56,546 nucleotides of DNA, from NCBI GenBank assembly GCA_027314605.1, contig DAHVAM010000001.1:1-56546 (forward strand). Reading direction: 5' to 3'. Source of the stretch: Candidatus Micrarchaeota archaeon. Lineage in GTDB: Archaea > Micrarchaeota > Micrarchaeia > Micrarchaeales > CABMGC01. Every line of letters starts with the position of its first letter. Position 1 is the first letter of the stretch. The notes below the pieces were generated by a model. It worked only from the letters and a program-made list of their open reading frames with translations. It made no database searches and was not told the origin of the DNA. A program made the position numbers and the translations under genes. Shown here in pieces: positions 52,000-56,546 of the stretch.

Positions 52000-53069
52000 A
52001 TGCATGCCCTTATCCTGAAGATGAAGCCCGGGAAGCCGGAAAAGAGGAAGATAGGGCTCGCAGCAGGCGCGATAAGGCGAGGAGGGCTCGTGGTCTTTCC
52101 TACTGAGACTGTTTATGGAATCGGCGCGAACGCGCTGGACGGTAACGCCTGCAGGAAAATTTACGCAGCGAAGGGCAGGCCCTCCGACAATCCGCTCATA
52201 GTGCACGTCTCCGACATCGGCATGGCAGAAGGCATTGCCGATATCCCCTCAAGATATAGAAAGGCGATAAGGAAGATATGGCCTGCTCCAATCACCTTCA
52301 TCTTGAAGGCGAAGAAAGCGCTGCCAAAAGTGGTGACCTCGGGATTGGACACTGTCGCGGTGAGGATGCCTGAGGACAGGATAGCGCTATCCCTGATAAA
52401 GGAGAGCGGCGTGCCCATAGCCGCCCCGAGCGCCAATATCTCCAAAAAGCCGTCATCCACGTCAGGACGTCATGCGATAGATTCTTTCAAGGACTCCGTC
52501 GACGTCATCATAGATGCGGGGAGATCGAAGTACGGGATGGAGTCGACCATACTCGATCTGAGGAGCTTCACGCTCCTGCGGCCCGGGGCTTTCACTGTCG
52601 AGGAAATCGAAAAGGCCTTCGGAAAAGAGCCGAAAGTCCCCGAGGAGGCGTACGGAACCAGGGAGGCAAGGAAGGCGATAAGCCCCGGGATGAAATACAG
52701 GCATTATTCTCCCGACACCCCTCTTTTCCTGTTCAAAGGAAATCCTGTGGCCCTCGCAAAGATACTCTCAGGATGGAAGGGCAGGTTTGCATTCATAGGT
52801 TCAAGAGAGACGGCCGCGGCGCTAACCGGCACATCCAAGAAAAACATCATCCTGGGAAGGAGGGGGACTCAAGGACAATCGCGAGGAACATGTTCGCAGG
52901 CCTGATAGAGCTCGATCGCCTCGGCGTCGAGTTTGGCGTTTCGGAATCTTTCGCCGAGAAGGCGTACGGCCTTGCGCTCATGAACCGTCTCAGAAAGGCA
53001 TCTAATCAAAGCACCTTCAGCGACCTGAAGGAATTCCGGTCCCTCCTGAAAAGGGCTGGGCTATCTTAG
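52000..53069 (+). CDS. sua5: L-threonylcarbamoyladenylate synthase Sua5/TsaC2, reading frame broken by an apparent 1-nt deletion at about 52854-52857
   Basis: The N-terminal YrdC domain has GGLVVFPTETVYGIGANAL, AAKGRPSDNPLIVHV and IAAPSANISKKPS. The frame from 52000 ends ...KKNIILGRRGTQGQSRGTCSQA* at 52905. The conserved Sua5 C-terminus (EGDSRTIARNMFAGLIELDRLGVEFGVSESFAEKAYGLALMNRLRKAS) continues in the -1 frame to 53069. Confidence 0.85.
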
Positions 53070-53642
53070 CAACCTGATGCCGTCTGGCATGCCTCTCTTA
53101 GCAAACGAGCCGTTTCCATATCCCTTCTTCCAAGTTATCTCGGTTCCGAACCATTCGGGAACCTCAAACATCTCTGCCCTTCTGAGGCTGGAGAATTCGA
53201 CTTCAGCAATGACCAGGCCCTTCAGGTTACCGCCGTTGTGCCTGTGGAAAACGTCGAGTTCGATGTTCTCCCCTTCCCACTCAAGGTAATATCTCGTCTT
53301 CTTCACCCCCGGCCATTCAACACCCCGCATCAGCGCACGGAATTCGTATTCGAGTATCTCCCATTTCTTCTCCTCCCTGAAAAGCCCCTTTCCCCTCTTT
53401 ACAGAGGCAAAAAAACTATTCCCTATTCTGCGAAGCCTGAATTTGTCATATTCGGCTCCATCATTCTTCACGTAAAACTGCACTATGGGGAGATGTGGGT
53501 AGCTGCTCCTGGTTCCAGGGAAATCGTCTGTTCTGAAGGGAAGCGCTTCCACTAGGAATCTCCTCTCCATTTCCGGCTCCCATCCCTTGATCGATGGCCT
53601 TGCCTTGGCGATCCCCTCCAAGGTGACCTGCAATTTGGCCAT
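53061..53642 (-). CDS. CYTH-domain triphosphate tunnel metalloenzyme (CyaB/ThTPase-like)
   Basis: EMERRFLVEALP (the ExExK-type N-terminal motif, EIERKFLV-like), FRLRRIG, SVKRGKG, EIELDVF and VIAEVEF. Confidence 0.8.
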   Translation of the reverse strand: MAKLQVTLEGIAKARPSIKGWEPEMERRFLVEALPFRTDDFPGTRSSYPHLPIVQFYVKNDGAEYDKFRLRRIGNSFFASVKRGKGLFREEKKWEILEYEFRALMRGVEWPGVKKTRYYLEWEGENIELDVFHRHNGGNLKGLVIAEVEFSSLRRAEMFEVPEWFGTEITWKKGYGNGSFAKRGMPDGIRLLR

Positions 53643-53748
53643 GAGTCAGATGAGGGCAGACTCATATATAAATATGCCAGCGCTCCGCAGGCGCTGTTTC
53701 ATCCCATAAGCTATAATAATCTCACAAGCCGATAGCTAAGCGATTCCA

Positions 53749-54549
53749 ATGAAGGCAGAGATAGGGATCATAGGCGGGTCCGGCTTCTACTCTCTGATGG
53801 AAAATCCGGAGAACGTGGAAATCGAGACTGAATACGGTAAGCCTAGCGACTGCGTCTCAGTGGGGGAGATAGGTGGAAAGAAGGTCGCCTTCCTGCCGAG
53901 GCACGGCCGAGGCCATTCGATACCGCCGCACAAAGTCCCATACAGGGCCAACATAGAGGCGCTCTCAAAGCTTGGCGTCCGAAGGATAATCGCAACTGCA
54001 ACAGTAGGGTCTTTGAAGGAAAGCTACATGCCAGGGGATTTCGTGCTTTTCGACCAGTTCATGAACATGACGCACGGCAGGGAGGACACTTTCTACGACG
54101 GGAACACTGTGGCACACGTCGGCATGGCCGATCCCTACTGCGAGGACATGCGCGACACGGCGTCAAAAGTTCTTCAGGAGATGAAGATAAAATACCACAA
54201 GAAAGGCACCGCCGTGGTGATCAACGGTCCCAGATTCTCCTCGAGGGCAGAGTCAAGGCTGTTCAGCTCCCAGGGCTTCGAGACCATAAACATGACGCAA
54301 TATCCCGAGGCCGCGCTCGCGCGGGAGAAGGCTCTCTGCTATCTTGGCATAGGCCTTGTCACCGACTATGATGCAGGGCTCGAGGGAAGGGGGGACATAA
54401 AGCCGGTTAGCGCAGGGGAGATAATAAAGGTATTCAACGAGAATGTCCACAAGGCAAAGCTTCTTCTGTCGGAACTGGTCCCGAGGATAAGCCAGGAGAG
54501 GAACTGCGCCTGCTCAACGGCCCTCGACGGCGCTGTAATAACTCATTGA
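53749..54549 (+). CDS. mtnP: S-methyl-5'-thioadenosine phosphorylase / purine nucleoside phosphorylase (PNP family 2)
   Basis: IGIIGGSGFY, AFLPRHGRGHSIPPHKVPYRANIEAL, VGSLKE, GPRFSSRAES, INMTQYPEA and LVTDYD. Confidence 0.92.
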   Translation: MKAEIGIIGGSGFYSLMENPENVEIETEYGKPSDCVSVGEIGGKKVAFLPRHGRGHSIPPHKVPYRANIEALSKLGVRRIIATATVGSLKESYMPGDFVLFDQFMNMTHGREDTFYDGNTVAHVGMADPYCEDMRDTASKVLQEMKIKYHKKGTAVVINGPRFSSRAESRLFSSQGFETINMTQYPEAALAREKALCYLGIGLVTDYDAGLEGRGDIKPVSAGEIIKVFNENVHKAKLLLSELVPRISQERNCACSTALDGAVITH

Positions 54550-54652
54550 CTGCCTTGCCCGCCGCTTGCGATCTATTCGCCAATCCTTGAATCTGCGCAA
54601 AAAGTCTGTCTGGGCAAAACGAGGAGCGCGGCGCAGCACTGGCCACGCATTT

Positions 54653-55297
54653 TCATCCGAAAAACAGGATGTAAACCCCCACTGCCGCGATAACCAATCC
54701 TGTAAGCGCGTCGTTGTATCTCGAATCAAGGTTTTCCAGGCGCTTCGCAAAGCGCGAGTGCTCGACCAGATAATGCCCTACGAATACCATGATCAGCAAT
54801 GTCGATATGGAGGCCACCGCGAAGACTATCGCAGTCTGGAATGCAAAGGCGATGCCTACTGGTATGGCTATGAGGAAAATAGGCAGAATCGAGAGGTCAG
54901 GGGAGAGCGCAGCGCCCAGCACTGCAAAACTGCCAACCTCCCTGGAATGGGTATGCGGCTTTCCGCTCTCATCACAATGCTCTTCAGACATGTACGCCTT
55001 GACTGCATAGAAAAGCCCCGCAGCGATCATTATCACGCCGATTATCTTTGTTATTGCGGATAAGACAAATTTTGATGTAACTATACCTACAATCACTACG
55101 ACAAATCCTAAGATTATAGATAGGACTACGTGTCCTAGGCTTGTAAGAATACTATTTTTGAACAACTTACTATGTGTCCACTTATTCGATCTGCTCAACA
55201 TGACAAGGGTAGCCCAATGGTCCGGCGCTGACATGTGAAGTATGCCGACCAATGCTGCAGCGACAATCAAGGCAAGTGTTGAGATCATGATTACCAT
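54653..55297 (-). CDS. polytopic membrane protein with a His-rich loop, possible metal (Ni/Co-type) transporter
   Basis: 6 hydrophobic helices, HMSAPDHW in TM1, and a central loop SEEHCDESGKPHTHSRE. The family assignment is tentative. Confidence 0.5.
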   Translation of the reverse strand: MVIMISTLALIVAAALVGILHMSAPDHWATLVMLSRSNKWTHSKLFKNSILTSLGHVVLSIILGFVVVIVGIVTSKFVLSAITKIIGVIMIAAGLFYAVKAYMSEEHCDESGKPHTHSREVGSFAVLGAALSPDLSILPIFLIAIPVGIAFAFQTAIVFAVASISTLLIMVFVGHYLVEHSRFAKRLENLDSRYNDALTGLVIAAVGVYILFFG

Positions 55298-55368
55298 AAT
55301 TTGCGTTCTTTGCTTACAACTTCTAATCTTACTCCGTCAGGATCGGCGAGGAACACCGAATAATTGGA

Positions 55369-55914
55369 TCAACCCTTCAGTTTTGTTCTTGCAGGGACTT
55401 TTTGACATATGATGTCAAAGACTTTTTCAGTAGGTAATGTACTATCCACCATCTTGAAGTGTAATATCTCTGCGCTTTTCTTCTTGTCATCGTACATCTT
55501 ATATATGCGTTCCCTCTCTTCAGGCCTAGCCCCGAATTTTCCAGTCCTGGCCCTATCGCTGTTTACAAGCCTCTTTTCATGTGTATCTCTATCAATAGTT
55601 AGGAAATAGCACGAATCAAAAAGATGAGCTAACTTGTAAACGTTACCTGATGTACCAAAAACATATAACTCTCTGTTCCCGTCCAACAACTTTTTGAGTT
55701 TTTCACCATCCCATTGCGCTGACCACGGAACTTTAGCATCCATCTCTTCTTTTGTCGGAGGAGGTCTTCTATTGCCTTCTCCATCCACATAATACATAAG
55801 CACCTCATCGCCTTCTATTATATTCTTACCCCTTTTCCTAAAGAAATCAGCCAGATGGCTCTTACCAACCCCAGCCGCAGTTGTTATCAACACATGATTT
55901 GTTTGTCCTGCCAT
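55369..55914 (-). CDS. P-loop NTPase, small-molecule-kinase-like (paralog B)
   Basis: Walker A TTAAGVGKSHL, LYVFGTSGN, HLFDSCYFLTIDRDTHEKRL and a C-terminus VFDIICQKVPARTKLKG. It is colinear with the upstream paralog. Confidence 0.7.
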   Translation of the reverse strand: MAGQTNHVLITTAAGVGKSHLADFFRKRGKNIIEGDEVLMYYVDGEGNRRPPPTKEEMDAKVPWSAQWDGEKLKKLLDGNRELYVFGTSGNVYKLAHLFDSCYFLTIDRDTHEKRLVNSDRARTGKFGARPEERERIYKMYDDKKKSAEILHFKMVDSTLPTEKVFDIICQKVPARTKLKG

Positions 55915-55917
55915 AGA

Positions 55918-56529
55918 TCACACCTTAAGTTTTCTTCTAACCTCGGCCTTGTTGCATATGGTATCAAAGAGTTTTTCTCTAGATAACGATCCATCTATTA
56001 AGATAAATCCGGCATTTCTAGCTCCTTCCGCCTTTGGCTTCAGGTTGTTCAATATTGAAGCTAATTGGGCTTCACTATTGCCGTAATCGTGATCTACTCC
56101 TTCCCCAGCCCTCTGTTTTACTCGCTGTTTTATCACCTCTTCAGGTATGTCTAGATAATAACTCCTATCAAACAGATGTAAAAATTCAAAGATGCTCTTA
56201 CCACTATCAAGTAAAAATAATCCCGTCTTATTGTCTTTCAAGTACAAATCCTTAATTCCCCCAAACAGATACAGTTCATGTCCTTTATTCTCGCTAAGCA
56301 CTTCCATAAGCCGCTCTCTGTCCCAGATCCACTTAAAGTCGTCAGCGCGTTGCCATCTCTCTCCGGTTGGCCTTGGTATGACTCTACCTTCTAGGTCGAC
56401 GAATCTGCCTATTCCTAACTCACCAATATCGTGAGCATTCTTACCGCGCCCCCTGAAATATCTAGCTAAAGTGCTCTTACCGCTACTTGATGCTCCTGAT
56501 ATGAAGACATGCTCCTTGTTTTCCGCCAT
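55918..56529 (-). CDS. P-loop NTPase, small-molecule-kinase-like (paralog A)
   Basis: Walker A SGASSSGKSTL, LYLFGGIKD, HLFDRSYYLDIPEEVIKQRV and a C-terminus LFDTICNKAEVRRKLKV. It lies 3 nt upstream of paralog B. Confidence 0.7.
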   Translation of the reverse strand: MAENKEHVFISGASSSGKSTLARYFRGRGKNAHDIGELGIGRFVDLEGRVIPRPTGERWQRADDFKWIWDRERLMEVLSENKGHELYLFGGIKDLYLKDNKTGLFLLDSGKSIFEFLHLFDRSYYLDIPEEVIKQRVKQRAGEGVDHDYGNSEAQLASILNNLKPKAEGARNAGFILIDGSLSREKLFDTICNKAEVRRKLKV

Positions 56530-56546
56530 AATCTAAAACATTCAAT

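Noticed and set aside
52845-52870. Programmed -1 ribosomal frameshift in sua5
   Set aside because: There is no X XXY YYZ slippery heptamer and no obvious downstream pseudoknot. A 1-nt indel in a G-run is the simpler explanation (see the finding).

Overview
Densely packed, moderately GC-rich archaeal chromosomal segment. The archaeal assignment rests on TFB, aIF-1A, aIF-2beta, the L7Ae-S28e-L24e operon, Sec61beta, an SRP RNA with archaeal helix architecture, TATA-like boxes about 25-35 nt upstream of many starts, and many 1-4 nt start/stop overlaps. About 75 protein genes are supported. Housekeeping and repair genes include sod, trxB, Y-family polymerase, Hef-like helicase, RecJ-like DHH, endonuclease IV, NUDIX, malic enzyme, thrC, MTAP, Sua5, Rio1, a Tes/GDGT-MAS-like radical SAM enzyme, a K+ channel and an ABC-2 transporter. 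RNA genes are tRNA-Phe(GAA), tRNA-Ser(GCU) and an SRP (7S) RNA 9 nt upstream of tRNA-Ser. A second structured RNA of about 380 nt (RNase P RNA-like motifs) lies in the TFB/radical-SAM spacer. No CRISPR array, rRNA or transposase is visible. The most interesting regions are these. (1) A six-gene operon of class-III-signal (type IV pilin-like) proteins, including a 427-aa glycoprotein-like subunit, plus a separate pilin-LamG lectin fusion with an AT-rich mosaic core. (2) A HerA/FtsK-type ATPase fused to a PD-(D/E)xK-like tail, sitting between an intact NUDIX gene and a multiply disrupted MTH1-like NUDIX pseudogene. (3) A protein built from four ribosomal-stalk P1-like N-terminal domains. (4) A VKOR/DUF929 oxidative-folding pair near a 20-Cys repeat glycoprotein. 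(5) A Cys/Gly/His tail on the Tes-like enzyme. (6) A degenerate-HAD/AroK fusion. (7) A frameshifted Sua5. (8) A HicB-HicA module in an AT-rich islet. (9) Tandem paralogous P-loop kinase-like genes in an AT-rich end segment. All functional calls come from reading the translated ORFs and from motif memory; no database search was run.
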